Positions 11,155 to 24,290 of a stretch of DNA of 64,000 bases are shown piece by piece. Origin of the DNA: Octopus vulgaris (lineage: Eukaryota); contig OX597826.1 in NCBI GenBank assembly GCA_951406725.2, forward strand, positions 17,856,001-17,920,000, given 5' to 3'. Made by a program: the position numbers and the translations under genes. The notes under the pieces were generated by a model. It saw only the letters and a program-made list of their open reading frames with translations. It searched no databases and had not been told where the DNA came from. How positions within the stretch are numbered: the stretch's first letter is position 1; each line of letters starts with the position of its first letter.

Positions 11155-12693
11155 CACCATGTTTCCTTTTGTTATGCAGGTCAATCATTCCTCAATAAAA
11201 TCAATATCTCTCATCTGATTTTCTTAAAATTTTTAGAGGATTTGTAGGTTTATGTGTCCCATGTCTCATCTAAATCAGTGAACACTTAAAGCAGAAATGA
11301 AGGAAAATACGTTTACATGGTGTTTCCTTTTATTCTGCAAGTTACGATACTGCTTTCCCCCCATGTGATGTGTGATTTTGAAATGGTTTTTCTTAATTTC
11401 AAATACAGGAAATATAGAAATGGGCCAAAGTAAAGATTTAACATCAAAGGAGAAGAAAGAAATTGTGAAACTACTGGGAGAAGGGGATACAACAGCTGTG
11501 ATTTCTAAAACGCTAAATAGGGATTAAAAAAACAGGTACAAAACACTGAGAGAGTAAGAATAAGGAAGAAAATGGGTTTCAAGAACATCACAAATAGAGA
11601 TAAGAGGAAACTGAAAAGAATTACGTGCAAGAAAAGTGGGTTAATCAGTAAAGAAATCTCTGAAGAAGCAGGAACCTCTAACAAAGGAAAAACATTGCAG
11701 AATATTAAAAGGAATAGGCAAAGTCTTAAATTTTGCCAAATTGCCTCGTTTAAAGAAAAGTACACAAAGAAAAAAAGAGTGACGTGGGAAAAAAAGATAT
11801 GTGAAGACAAACTTTAGAAATGTAATTTTTACTTACGAGTGCAGGGCAACATTTGTTGGACCTGATGGATGGGCAAGGGGCTGGGTGTTACATGGGAAAA
11901 GTCAACCAACACGATTAAGAAGAGAGCAAGGTGGTGGAAGAATCATGTTTTGGGCTGGTATAGTTGGAGGAGACATTATAGGTCCATGTAAGGTTGCTGA
12001 TGGAATCGAAATAAATGCTGGAAATTATCGCAAGTTTCTAGATGACAATGTCTTCCATTGGTACAAGTCAACATCATGAGGTTTCAAGTTAAAGGGCATA
12101 TTTATGCATGATAATGCCCCTTCACACTCTGCCAAACTCACTATTAACCATTTAACTAAGAAAGGTTTCAAAGAACGTAAGATAGTGAAATGCCCACCTG
12201 CCCAGTCTCCAGATCTAAACCCAATAAAGAATTTGTGGTCAATTATTAAAAAAGATGTATATTCCAATGGTAAACAATATCCAAACAAGGATTTACATTG
12301 GGAAGCAATAAAAACAGCTGCAAGTAATATTAAAAGAGAAATTGACAAAATCAGTTGATGAGAGAATATTTAAAGTTACAGATGGTAAAGGAGGCGCATA
12401 TAAAGGTGTAAAATATATACATAATTGTTTATAAATATAATTATATGGTGGAAGATTTACATATATATGAATGGTCTGGTTATGTATTGCTCTAGATGTG
12501 AATCACATTACATGTAGTTTATATAATATTTGTTAACTTGCATAATAAAAAGAAACATCCTATAAACGTGGTTTTCTTCAGTTCTGCTTTAAATGTACGC
12601 GAGACATGGAATACATAATCCTAAACATCCTGTAAAAATTTCAAGAAAATCAGACAAGGGGTTTTGATTTTATTGAGGAAAGGAAACATAGTG
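11155..12693 (+). mobile_element. Tc1-like DD37E (TRT-type) transposon, decayed, with long IR/DR-type TIRs
   Basis: Transposase fragments VIFTYECRATFVGPDGW, QGGGRIMFWAG and FMHDNAPSH...SPDLNPIKNLW. Inverted termini of about 160-190 bp (11155-11345 vs 12535-12693). Frameshifts and catalytic substitutions (D>Y, E>K). Confidence 0.85.
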
Positions 12694-13399
12694 TATATAT
12701 AGTATATGTCCATGGATACAATGAACATCCATGGATTATTATTATTACTATTACATGCAATGGGACTTCTTGCCACACAGCCATGTCGGCATCTTGTTCA
12801 ACATGAAGTACTAGGTAGCGAAACTTTGAGGAACATCGTTCAACATGACTCTTGACATGAAATTCAATTCTTTATCTTAACATTCCAAAATTATGCAGGA
12901 GTATATTCAAAATGTATAAATTAAAATGACAAGAATTCACAGCTGGCTGACATAGGTTTATGATGCACAGATAGTGTAGAATAATAGCTATCATATCATT
13001 ACAAATCTGTACTCTTTGAGGCATAGAACAGATTTTGGTTTGGGCATAACACAGTGACATTTTTGCTGCTTGTCAACTGCAAGAAAAAGCCACTGGTTTA
13101 TTTGCTTTTTTTCTTTTTCCCAGTTTGACCATAAAATACTTCAGATCCTTGGCATTCTAGCAAAATTATTTGCCATGATCTGATCCTCTCATGACAACAT
13201 GGAGTGTTTAGTGTTATCATACAGATCAACATCACCATCAAAGTCAAAACTAGTTGAAGCAACAATTCTCTTCTTACTCAACCTCTGTATTGTTCATCCG
13301 ATAAGCTATAGTTGAAAATAAGACTTCTTCACAAACAGAACTAGAATCCAGGTAGTATATTGGTGAACTCTTCAAAGTCTGATTCTCGTTAAAAACATA

Positions 13400-14170
13400 T
13401 GAAAAATGCTATTTGTGAATGATAAAGCTGCATCTAATCATAATGTATTGCACAGTCAACAAATGAGTAACTCTTGGATCTCAGCTTATGAAGATGACAA
13501 CCAGACAGTTAACATCAGCAAGATTCACAACCTGTACCAATCTCCTCCAAGGTCCAACCAAGAAAACATTGGAACAACTATCAACAACAAACTGATAGAA
13601 TAGATCTCCTACTTCTTATATTTTGGTTCTATCTTCAAACGTAACCATAAATAATGTGATCAACTATGGATATATGCAGTCCATACGGTCTACGGAAAGC
13701 TTTATCAAAGAGTTTTCAAGGACTTCAGACTCATAACTGCGACTGACCAGTCCATGTACTGAGCAGTGGTTATCAATACAGTTCGTTATGCTTATGGGAC
13801 ATGGACTCATTATCGATGTCCCATCAAACAGCATGGATGGTTTCATTACTCATAGCTTCACCCACCTCTAGGTATTAACTGGAGCAATAGAAGGCTAATA
13901 CCAATCTTCTAGAATCAGCAGAAAGGACTAGCACCAAGGTCTTGATCATCAAATATCAACAACTGAGGGTCAGGAACATCTTGAAGTGAAACTTCACATT
14001 TTGTAATATCCAACAAAAGGAGTTCAAAATTGTGCCAAGGAACAGAAAACAAGAAATCTCTTTCTTAGCTGCAAATCCTTTGAGCAAGACAAATGATAAG
14101 GAGTACCAAATATATCAAATGAGAAAGAGATGACAAATCGCCATCGGTGAAAAACTCTAATGGTACTGTG
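13400..14170 (+). mobile_element. old RTE-BovB-like LINE fragment
   Basis: Decayed frames LFVNDKA (LFADD-like), YGKLYQRVFKD, AVVINTVRYAYGTWTHYR and LGINWSNRR. Confidence 0.6.
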
Positions 14171-14373
14171 GTGAAAATGTTAGTTATTTTCATTAAATCT
14201 AGTCACAGAGAGGCCATGTTAGAAGCTGAAATGAAAGCAATTAAAGTAAGCAGGATAACTTCTCGGATCAAGAAAGTTTATGATGACAATAATCATTCCA
14301 AAATATCTTAAATGCAACAATATTCAAGAATGAACTAAGACTACAAGTATCCAGTTCTTTTAAATAATCTTAC

Positions 14374-14472
14374 CACGTAGTCTTCCTCTTGTTCCGCTGA
14401 AAATACGTCATCAAATTCATCAAGCTTCAGTTTCATTACATGTGTTTTGGACACTAAATACAACTCCCAATC
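14374..14472 (-). CDS. DNAI7: DNAI7 coding exon
   Basis: atgcAG|...|GTaag, phase 0/0. Encodes DWELYLVSKTHVMKLKLDEFDDVFSAEQEEDYV. Confidence 0.88.
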
Positions 14473-14724
14473 CTGCATAAGACAAAAATGATAAAACTGA
14501 GTTTATGTTTTCAGATCAGAGACGTTTAAAACAACATCTTCACTCAAAAGAGAGATGAACAATTATAGAATTCAAATTATTTGTTTAAAAATGATTCTAG
14601 AGAGCAGCAATATAATAATAGGTGCCTTTTTGCAAACTCAGATGCTACAACATTAAGAAACGCATGACATGAGGTCTCCCCTCAAAAGAAACTGGACATT
14701 TAAAAGTGAGCCAACAAGCTAGCA

Positions 14725-14945
14725 TATTCTTTTCTACTCTAAGCACAAGCCCCAAAAATGTTGGGGAAGGGGCCAATTGATTAGATCAACCCCAGTATGC
14801 AACTAGTACTTGATTTATAGACCCCGAAAGAATGAAAGGCAAAGTCGATCTTGGTGAAATTTGAACTCAGAATGTAAAGACAGACGAAATACTGCTAAGC
14901 ATTTCACCTGGTGTGCTAACGTTTCTGCCAGCTCACCGCCTCAAG
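14725..14945 (-). mobile_element. tRNA-derived SINE family 2 (MetaSINE-like central domain)
   Basis: tRNA-like head plus GCCTTTCATTCTTTCGGGGTCTATAAATCAAGTAC core. Further copies at about 20600-20820(-), 21590-21805(+), 26560-26775(-), 40090-40260(-), 50885-51100(+), 52665-52880(+) and 54705-54922(+). Confidence 0.75.
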
Positions 14946-15388
14946 CTAGCATATTGCGCTCACAATTATAGTGCTACAAATCAATGACCTTGTTCTTTAT
15001 TCTATGTAACAACCTCTCATTAATTGATCTACACATGCTAAAGTGAATGTATAATGACAAAACAATATACTACCATGTGTACTGAACAGATTTGGTATTT
15101 TTCAGCAGCCAGTCATGGAATTTCATTGCAAGCTAACTGGAGAAATGGGAATATATTCTATGACTATCTACTTCCACATCTCAGAGAGTTCACCCTATAA
15201 CAATTATTAGATTTATCAAACCAATTCAGGTACTTGCTTCAAAAACTGGATACATGCCCTCCCTGCTACTATAATGTTTTGCACAGAAATTTAATTTGTA
15301 ATATTAATAATGGTGATGGCGTCATTGATTACTAAAACCATTGAGAAGAAACTGAAAACATTTCATATTGGTTTATAAAGCTACTTAC

Positions 15389-15538
15389 ATCACATACTTC
15401 TTCATCTTCAAGTAATTCAATACCTTGTAAAACTAACTGGTCTCTCTCAGCAGAATAATTCCAACGTGACCATGTAAAAGCCATGCATGATGCTACCAGT
15501 GCCATCTGGTGGTAACAACGTTCTTCATTAACAAAACT
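15389..15538 (-). CDS. DNAI7: DNAI7 coding exon
   Basis: ttacAG|...|GTaagt. Encodes SFVNEERCYHQMALVASCMAFTWSRWNYSAERDQLVLQGIELLEDEEVCD. YxQMAL....AF.WS.WN is the CASC1 C-terminal motif. Confidence 0.92.
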
Positions 15539-16906
15539 CTGTAATTCAAGCATTATAAATATATATACATGTGTGTGTGTGTGTGTGTGCACGCGCATGT
15601 GTGTGTATGTACACACACACACAGTACTCTATATCTAAATAGGATTTTTTTAGTGAACAAAATTGTTAGATGACATAAGACAGAGTTAAAAATGAGGTAT
15701 GGGTGTCATTAAGTAGAGGCAAGGAGACCTAACTGGCAGCACAGGAAGTGGATGAAATATGTAGTTCTGCTCTCATTTAATTACTGCCGTGGAACAATAT
15801 ATTAACTAGAAGAGTGATGGAGGGATGATAAGGAGATGAGATGGTAGAGAAAGCTTGATGGAGACACTTTGGATGCAAGGCTTTTCTTTACCAAAGTGTG
15901 TTGCCGGTCATCTGTCTTATTTGTTCTGAGAGGATCAGTATCTTAGGATCAGCCTTCACTACTTTGTTCCACATCTTCCTGAGTTTCCCTCTTCCACAGG
16001 TTCCATCCACATTAAGCAATCAGTAGTCCTTTATACAGCTCCCCTCATCCATACGCATCACATACCCCCATACCACTACAGTTTTCTCGTTTGCACACAC
16101 TACATCTAATTTCTCTTATTCCCACTTTTTGTCTCAATATATTTATACTCTGTCATTCATGTAGATATTTATATTTAATTAAATTATTTAAAATTACAGC
16201 ATGCAACAATTAAAAAGCTAATACTGTAAATTAATTTTATCTTCATTACAACCTCAAATTACAACCTCAACAAGTGGCCAAAATTAAGAAGTTATTTATG
16301 ACCACGACCATCCTATCAAAGCCAAAATCTTATTCTCAGCCCTTTAATATCTTATCTCTTTATCTCTCACTCTACCTTATAGTCTCAATTCTTTTGTTAT
16401 TATTTTTTTTTTGTTACTTTATTCTTATTTGGCTAATTCTTCAACCCATGCTAGCATGGAAAGCGGATGCTAAACAATGATGATGATGATGATGATATGT
16501 GGTTCTAACTTTATTATCCTTATTTTTACTTTTTTTAATATTTTTGGTTTTATTACTCTTGTCTTTTACTTCCATTGTCTTTTACTTCCAATATTCTTGC
16601 TCTTTATTTCTTATTTTTTATTTTATTTTCTTGTAACTTTTATTTTTTCTCTCTATTTTTCTTTTTTTCTTTTTTTTCTTTCTATCTTATTTCCCTTCCT
16701 ATCTTATACAAGAGAATTGAATATAAACCCATTCCAATCTATTTAGATTTTCGAAATCCAATGAATCTTTATACATTTATACAGTTAGGAACTTATACAA
16801 ATACACTTTTTCAAGGAGATATGATAAACCTATTATAATGGGTAATACTACATGTACTTTTCATATTTTTTATAGTGTGATGTAACTCTTTGTACTAACA
16901 ATGTTA

Positions 16907-16997
16907 GCGGCTGAAGAGAGCTTTAAACCATCTTTTATATCAATTATACACTGATGTAAGAACGGATTGTTTATAAAGCTTGAAACACGTGTACCAC
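16907..16997 (+). ncRNA. type-I hammerhead ribozyme motif
   Basis: GCGG-CUGAAGA-GAGCUUUA...UAAAGCUU-GAAA-C-ACGU-GUA-CCAC. Intact core, 8-bp stem II, palindromic stem III (ACACGUGU) and GUA cleavage triplet. Confidence 0.75.
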
Positions 16998-17060
16998 GAT
17001 ATCCTTTGTGTTCTGTTTTTAATTTTATTTGATATATATATATATATATATTAATAATAA

Positions 17061-19360
17061 CACTGGTCAACAAAGAATTTGTCCTAAAAAAAAAAATACC
17101 TGTATCTTTATATGTTTTTACATGCAGAATTCAAAAATAATGTCAAATTATCTATATCGCCCACAATTTTTTTATTCCACAATATCCTTCTCAGTTCCAT
17201 GTATGTTGGCTTAATTTCAGTTAAGCTGTTGAAATGTGAAGCTAATGGTTCAAGAAATACTCCTAAATTAAATGTTTATGAATTGAATTAACCTAATGAA
17301 ATCATTAATCCAGCTATCTGAGTCAATGAATCACTGAAGCTTGGCAACACTGAGTTGATGAGTCACCGATGCTTTGTCAGTACTGTGCTTGAAGTGTAGG
17401 CGTGTGGTTGTGTACTAAGTTCACATATTCCAGTCACCTTCATAATGCCAAGAAACTGTATAAACATCGCAAACAACTTTTGCTATATTTGCAGTGACTT
17501 AACATTCAAGTTACAAAGACAGTGTTTCATGCCACTGATTAAAAAGTACTATTTGCATTATTCTGATTGCAAAGTGGATGACCAGGATAAAAACTGGGCC
17601 CCTCATGTGTGTTGTGTAACCTGTGTCAGACTTCTCACTGCATAGGCCAAAGGTTCAACCATATGCCTTTTGCCATCCCTTTGATTTGGAGAAAGCCCAA
17701 AGATCATACTTCAGATTGTTACTTCTCCATGATGAATATACACGGTATAACATCGAAATCCAAGCATACTGTAAATTATACCTAATTTACAATCTGCTAT
17801 GAAACCAGTACTTCACAGTCAACACAGTCAGGAAGATCTGAATGATCTTGTGTGGGATTTAAACTTGTCAGAAAAAAAAGCTGAACTTCTATGTTAACAG
17901 GCTCAAATCTTCTCCAGAAAGAGATCAAAGTTAGTTTTTATTGTGCTCACCATTGTGATTCTGCAAATTTTTTCTGACTTGAGGATGGTGTCATGTTTTG
18001 CAATGATGTATATTCTGTTATGGAAGAACGTAACCACAAATATAGCATGAATGAGTAGCGTTTGTTTATTGACTCCTCAAAAGTAAGCTTGAAAACAGTT
18101 TTAATCCACAAAAGAAATAAGTTTCCATCTGTTCCTCTGGCCCGTGCAGCTAACATGACGGAAACATAGAGCATGAAGCTTCTGTTGCAAAAAAACATTA
18201 AATATGAGGAACATACGTGGAATATTTGTGGTGACCCAAAGGTTGTGGCACTTCTACTTGGAATGCAGCTGGGTTACATCAAGTTTTGTTGCTTTCTCTG
18301 TGAGTGGTACAGTCAGGATAGAAAAATCATTATGAAAAGAATGTGTGGCCAAAACGATCTCTGACTTCTGCACAGAAGAATGTCATCAAACCTCCCCTTG
18401 CTGCTTCTGAGAAAATTTACCCACCTCCTTTGCATATTAATCTGGGGTTGATGAAGAGTTTCATCAAAGGTATGGATAGAACTGGCAATGGATTGATGTA
18501 TATGGAAACTAAATCTCCAAGAGTAAGTGACACAAAAATCAAGGACGGTATTTTTGTTGGGCTGCAGATTAGGGAGCTGAAAAGAGACCAAGAGTGTGGT
18601 GAAGAGCTCAATGATATTGTAAAAGTTTCATGGCTGTCAGTTAAGAAAGTTTGCAGTGAGTTTTGGGGGAACGACAGAGGAGTGAACTATTCTGACATTG
18701 TGAAAGAGCTACTGACATCATACAAGACCTTGGGATGCAACATGAGCCTAAAAATCCACTTTTTGAACTCTCACTTGGACTTTTTCACTGTAAATTTTGG
18801 GGCTGTCAGTGACAAGCATGGCGAGAGGTTTCACCAGGACATTCTGAACATGGAAACCCAGTATTAAGGAAAGTGGAAGTCTTCTATATTGGCTGATTAT
18901 TGTTGATCACTAAAAAGGGACGCTCCAGACGCTAAATACATTTGAAAAATCATACGCCTCTACATTTTAAAGCTAAGTTTCCTTGTAATATCATACTGAA
19001 TTTTGAATTCATGAAATACAGTTGTTCAACAATTTACATATGCTATCACAGAAACATTATGACTTACAGAAAAAATTCTAAAAACACACTTGAATTCTGC
19101 AGTTAAAATGTTATTAAGTTCACCTACTTTTGTTTGTGGGACAGAATTTTTCATTAATTCTGTTGATCAATTATAATTGTCAGCCTTATTTCTGTATTAA
19201 TATAGTACATTTATTGTATAATTTAATTATTCTGTCACATAAAAACCATGCCTGATAGAAAAATCCTAAAATTAGATTCGAAATCTGCATTAAAAGTACT
19301 ATAAAGTTCACTTTCTTTAGTTCATGGGACAGCAAAAAGTTTGAATTTCGTTGACCATTG
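17061..19360 (+). mobile_element. Chapaev3 DNA transposon with transposase pseudogene (17445 to about 18960)
   Basis: CACTGGTCAAC 5' end. Motifs FCYICSD...WAPHVCCVTC, WRKPKDHTSDCYF, PPLHINLGLMKSF and MSLKIHFLNSHLDFF...SDKHGERFHQDI. Stops and frameshifts. 3'-TIR-like ends at about 19172 and at 19360. Confidence 0.88.
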
Positions 19361-20876
19361 AAATACTTGAATGGAACGTATAAACATCTGAATGCATTGC
19401 TATGTGTGTTTCCACAGATCACACGTTTCTTAAGATCATAATCCGTATTCCTGGGATGATTACGGTGCACTCCATAGCATTCATGAACCTGCTGTAGCCA
19501 GCATAATAGGATAAGAGCTTTTATATGCATATTCAAAAGGTTTCCTGTAAACGAACTTAAAGGATGTTGAACAATGATGATGATGATATATAATGAACAA
19601 AAATACAGGTAGAGAAAATCACATCTTTAATTCACCATACAAAGCTAACAATTGTTTCTATAGAAAATATCATCTAAATTAATATTCTTAACACAACATT
19701 TTCCAGGTAATCCAGAATTAGTTAAAGAGGAGGGAAGGGCAGTAACTATGACAACCATGACCTTTTTCCGAGGTGACAGAGGAAGAGGCAGAAATAAACA
19801 ACTCAGTGGTTGTTATTGTAGTATTTCAGAATGTTGAATTATTCTCAGAATGGAAACTTAGTCCATATATTTGCAGCTGTGAGCTATTCCAAAGGTACCT
19901 AATAGTTTAGTGGTGCTGCTGCTAAACTTCAGAAAAGGTTTCCATGCGATTTCCATTTCGAATTTCACTCACAAGGTTACAGCTACAGAGACATGCCCAA
20001 ACTACTGCTCTGTAGGATTGAACCTGGAGCCTCTTTAATGCAAAGTGAACATGATCACATGTTTATGCTTTGCCAATTGTACTTATTTTATCAACTCAAG
20101 AGGGATGAAAAGCAAAAGTGGCTCAAATAGAACTTTGAAACTTAGAAAAGTGAAGGCAGGTTATTAAATAACTTGTATTTAATACAGAAATGTATGATAT
20201 ATCCAACTATTTTTTTTTCATTAAGAACACAGATTTTTTTTCTCCATAAGAATGTGTAGAGTCATTTGAAATGATTCTAGTTTCTTTAATTTTGAAAAGA
20301 GGAATGGCAACATGGATTTTGGTGGATTTTGGATGAGATGGAACGACACTCTATGTAAGTGATCTGCAATTTAATTTCTTCCAAAACACTTCCAAGCTAA
20401 CAAGGAAGATTCTACACTTGACCTAGTCAAATCACCCCTTACAAATGGAAGGATTTTCTGGATAGTATAGTTCAAAGTTCATCAGCCTGATCAAAATAGA
20501 CTAGATGATCATGTCTGAAATATTTTAGATTGTAGATATGTTTGATAATCACAGATGACCTGGAGCTAAACAACAACTCATTGTCTTTCTTCATAATTAT
20601 TAAAGAAATGCAGAGAGCTGGAAGAATCATTTGCAAGCCGAGAAAAATGCTGAGCAGTATGTCTGTCTTTAAGTTTTGAGTTGAAATTTTGCTGAGGTTG
20701 ATTTTGCATTTCATCCTTCCAAGATCAATAAAATAAGTACCAGTCAAACACTGGGGGTCAATGTAATCGACTGATCTCCTCCCACAAAATTTCAGGCCTT
20801 GTGACCATAGTAGAAAGGAATATCAAAGAATGTTTTAAAATCGTTAGAAAAGAAGTAAAACTCTTTTTTGAATTAC

Positions 20877-20948
20877 CTTTTCCTGTATACTAACGTAGTT
20901 TGTTGAATCTTCAGCAGGGAATATGGTTACTCCACACACTGTAAGTCT
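20877..20948 (-). CDS. DNAI7: DNAI7 coding exon
   Basis: tttccAG|...|GTaatt. Encodes RLTVCGVTIFPAEDSTNYVSIQEK (G..IFP...S..YV motif). Confidence 0.88.
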
Positions 20949-21849
20949 CTGGAAAAGAAAAATTCTTCATTGAAATCTTAAACAGTAGGTTATTAGTTGA
21001 CCAATTTTAGAGCTGTACAAATCATATATTTCTGTTACATTTGACCTGTCCTCCACAGCAGAAGTATTAGTGCAGCTCTCCTCAATGAAAAGGATTGGCT
21101 TGCAAAATCCCTGTGCCAGTAGCACATAAAAAGCACTTTTAATGGCTGTGGATGCATGTTCTAAGTTGGGTCACTAATTTGTAAGGGCTGTGCAATGTGA
21201 TGTGAGAGGAATGGCTCTTTTGTACAACATCACACAGCTGTTACAATGATGAGAGATTGAATAGTACAAATAAATGTCAGATGGAAAGAGACACAACTGC
21301 ATAAGAATGATTAAGAGATCTATTGATGTGATAACATGTGTCTGTGTATGCGTCATATATACAGAATAATTGACAGGCCATCATGAGAACAAAATGTATG
21401 TGCGTGTATAGGCATAGATGTGTGCATGTGTTAAATACATTTAAGGATGCCAATGAAGAAGGAAACAGTGAAAGACGAGTACTTAGATAAAGAAGTGGGA
21501 ATATATGTATCGAGACAGCAGTATTCTATCATTGTTTTAGGGATAGATAGTCTTCTTTAAAGATATGTATATAATATTACATAAGCATTGGATAGCAAGC
21601 TGGTGGAACTGTTAGCATGCTGGGCAAAATGCCTAGCAGCATTTCATCTGTCTCTGTTCTGAGTTCAAATTCTGCTGAGGGCGACTTTGCTTTTCATCCT
21701 TTTGGGGTCAATAGAATAAGTAACAGCTGAACACTGGGATCAATGTAATCGACTTACTCCCTCCTCCAGAATTGCTGGCCTTGTGCCAAAATTTGAAACC
21801 AATATTACTTAATCCTTTTTGACAAGAAATAATATTACTCATCAACGTG

Positions 21850-22285
21850 TTTGAAAGGAGCAATGTAAAGGAAGCACTATGAAGTATGGGCAAACAAAAT
21901 TTGAATGTGGCACCTTGGCAATGTTCCTCTTCATGTGCCACTCTTCATCCAAGATTTTTATAGCAAAGTACATGACAGCTCTCATTCTCTAGCCACCCTA
22001 CTTTTCTAATAAAGCTCGCACAGATATTTTTTTCATGCTCCTGAAGTTGAAATTCACCATGAGAGGCTGCTAATTTCAGATAATAGAAATGATTGAAGAA
22101 AATATTCTATGACAATTGTGTGCTGCCACTGAAAACACATTCCAGGACACATTTCAAAACTGGAGAAAACATTAGGAATAGTGTATGAACAGTATAAGGG
22201 AAATCATTTGAAGAAAAGAAGCAAAGAGATTCTCTGCTTTTACGATGTTCAGTTTTTATGTTAATTTTAACAGATACACCTCATA
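21850..22285 (+). mobile_element. decayed mariner 3' fragment
   Basis: Degenerate HLGNVPLH (HHDNAPAH-like), PPYFSNKARTDIFFMLLKLK (PYSPDLAPxDF-like) and FQNWRKH*E*C motifs. Confidence 0.6.
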
Positions 22286-22754
22286 GTGGTGTAGAATATA
22301 CAATGGTAGTCTGGGCATCTGTTTTGATACCCAACCTTATCTAATGTGACTGAATATTTTTATAGAGGCTGTGGTAAAGACAAGATAGAGAGTAGTTTTG
22401 TTCAATTCATGTTGTGACAGTCTGAATTCATTAGGATTTATTACACACGGTCAGTTAATGAGCAAATTTTGAGTTTATATCTGTTGGGGTTTCACAGCTT
22501 TAATCAACAATCTCTGTAATCAAGGCCTGCTCAAGCAGGACAGACTAAAGCTATTTAATAACAACTAATATTTGTTGTATCAACCGAAACAGTAAATTGA
22601 CCAATGTTAACTTTAGGCATGAAGCAATGCTCATCAATTAAACAGTTTGATCTGAAGCTCTACTATCAGGTTTGATCAAACCTGAAGATTTAATTATTTC
22701 TAGATTTCACTGAACTAAGAACTAAGCCAGAGTACAAGCAGTCCCAGTGCTTAA

Positions 22755-22974
22755 CCCTTTAGCATTCACATTACTCTGTCAAATGTAATTCTTATTTATC
22801 CATATTATTTTGAATTAATCAGGCATTATTTTGTAGCTTTGAGATTTTAATGATGTGATTGCTTATTTTTAGAATGACATTGTAAGGTTGGTGTGAGAGG
22901 CTGGATCTAGCCAGTTTGAACATAATGTAGGTTGAATATTTTGGCTTGATCTGTCCATTTTAAATGCTAAATGA
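22755..22974. mobile_element. piggyBac-like MITE family A copy
   Basis: TTAA flanks and CCCTTTAGCATT start; similar to 346-567. Confidence 0.7.
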
Positions 22975-23147
22975 TTAAAACAAAAGGGATTTGGCAGTTC
23001 TATTGTGCAATCATGTAACAATGGAACTCTATTAAGAAGCTGTTAAATCACAATAAAATAGGGGTAACTTGTTTTTAGTTCGTCTCAAAAAACAAAAAAA
23101 AAAAAAAAAAAAAAAAAAAACTGGGATATTTGAAATATTTTACCTAC

Positions 23148-23234
23148 TCTAATTAATTCTTTTGGTTTGTACCACTTTTCAAATAGTTGAGAAAGTCCTT
23201 CTTCAGGATGTTTCAGAATACAACACATTCCATC
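23148..23234 (-). CDS. DNAI7: DNAI7 coding exon
   Basis: atgatAG|...|GTaggt, phase 0/0. Encodes DGMCCILKHPEEGLSQLFEKWYKPKELIR. Confidence 0.82.
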
Positions 23235-23887
23235 CTATCATAAGTGGAAAACAACACAAATTACAGCTGAAAACTAATACAGTTCAACAATAACAACAAC
23301 AACAACAACAATAACAACCACCACCACCACCACCGCTGCTGCTGCCTCAGCTGGCACCACCACCACCACCACCACCACCACTACCATCATCACCACCTCC
23401 TCTTCTAATGCATCTAAATATAAATTCTATTGTTAAAGAGTTAATTCTTTGATACCTTGCAGCAGCCCCTACTGGAGTACTGCCCAGTTGTTACGTAGAA
23501 ATATTCTATATACGTGTTGTTGTTTGTTTAATGTTAGAAACGCTCTCGACTCTGTTAGTCATTTCATAGTGTTGTAAACAGTTGTAACTGCAACCGGTCA
23601 TATAGTTTCTATACAATTATTCTACCTACTCAAAGAAAAAAAACAAAACAAAAGAATTACCTCGGTTCCTTACATCATATACAAAAGGAACAGCCACAGC
23701 AAAAATACTGACAACTTTGTAAGGGGGATATTTATAGTTAAAGAAACAGACAAAACCTTTCTAATATTTATTTTACTTATATTTAAGAATAAATAACAAA
23801 GTGAACTGATGCATAGTTTGATCTCAAAATAATGTGTGACAGTCTCCTGTTCCAACAACATGCTATGGTGTTGATATCTTACATAAG

Positions 23888-24290
23888 ATAGGCATAGGCA
23901 TGGCTGTGTGGTAAGAAGTTTGCTTTCCAACCACATGGTTCCTGGTTCACTCCCATTGCATGGCACCTTGGGCAAGTGTCTTCTACTATAGCCTTGCGTC
24001 AACCAAAGCCTTCTGTATGGATTTGGTAGACAGAAACTGAAAGCAACCTGTAATGTGTGTGTTTGTGTGTTTGTTTCTGTGTTTATCTCCCACCACTGCT
24101 TCACAGCCAATGTTGGTGTGTTTATGTCCTTGAAACTTAGCAGTTCAGCAAAAGAGACTGATAGAATAAGTACCAGGTTTAAAAAGAAAAATAGGTACTG
24201 GGGTTGATTAGCTTGACTAAAATTCCTCAAAGTGGTGCCCCAGCATGGCCACAGTCTAATGACTGAAGTAAAAGATAAAAGATAAAGATG
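23888..24290 (+). mobile_element. tRNA-derived SINE family 1 (internal CA/TA microsatellite)
   Basis: A box TGGCTGTGTGG, B box GGTTCACTCCC, CCTTGGGCAAGTG core and (AAAAGAT/AAAAGAGT)n tail. Other copies at about 8650-8920(-), 10925-11155(-), 26838-27883(+, split), 33790-33972(-), 41085-41477(-), 49500-49770(-), 56580-57055(+), 59480-59885(+), 59893-60292(-) and 61952-62358(-). Confidence 0.85.

Noticed and set aside
19186-19545. 116-aa minus-strand ORF with an AG acceptor-like site, as a possible DNAI7 exon
   Set aside because: The flanking exons (...IQEK | SFVNEE...) already join in phase and match CASC1 without it. There is no good donor, it overlaps a Chapaev3 terminus, and the + strand ends in a retroelement-like (GAT)n tail.
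23455-23550. AG...GT-bounded minus-strand segment as a possible exon
   Set aside because: Stops in all three frames, and the neighbouring exons join correctly without it.
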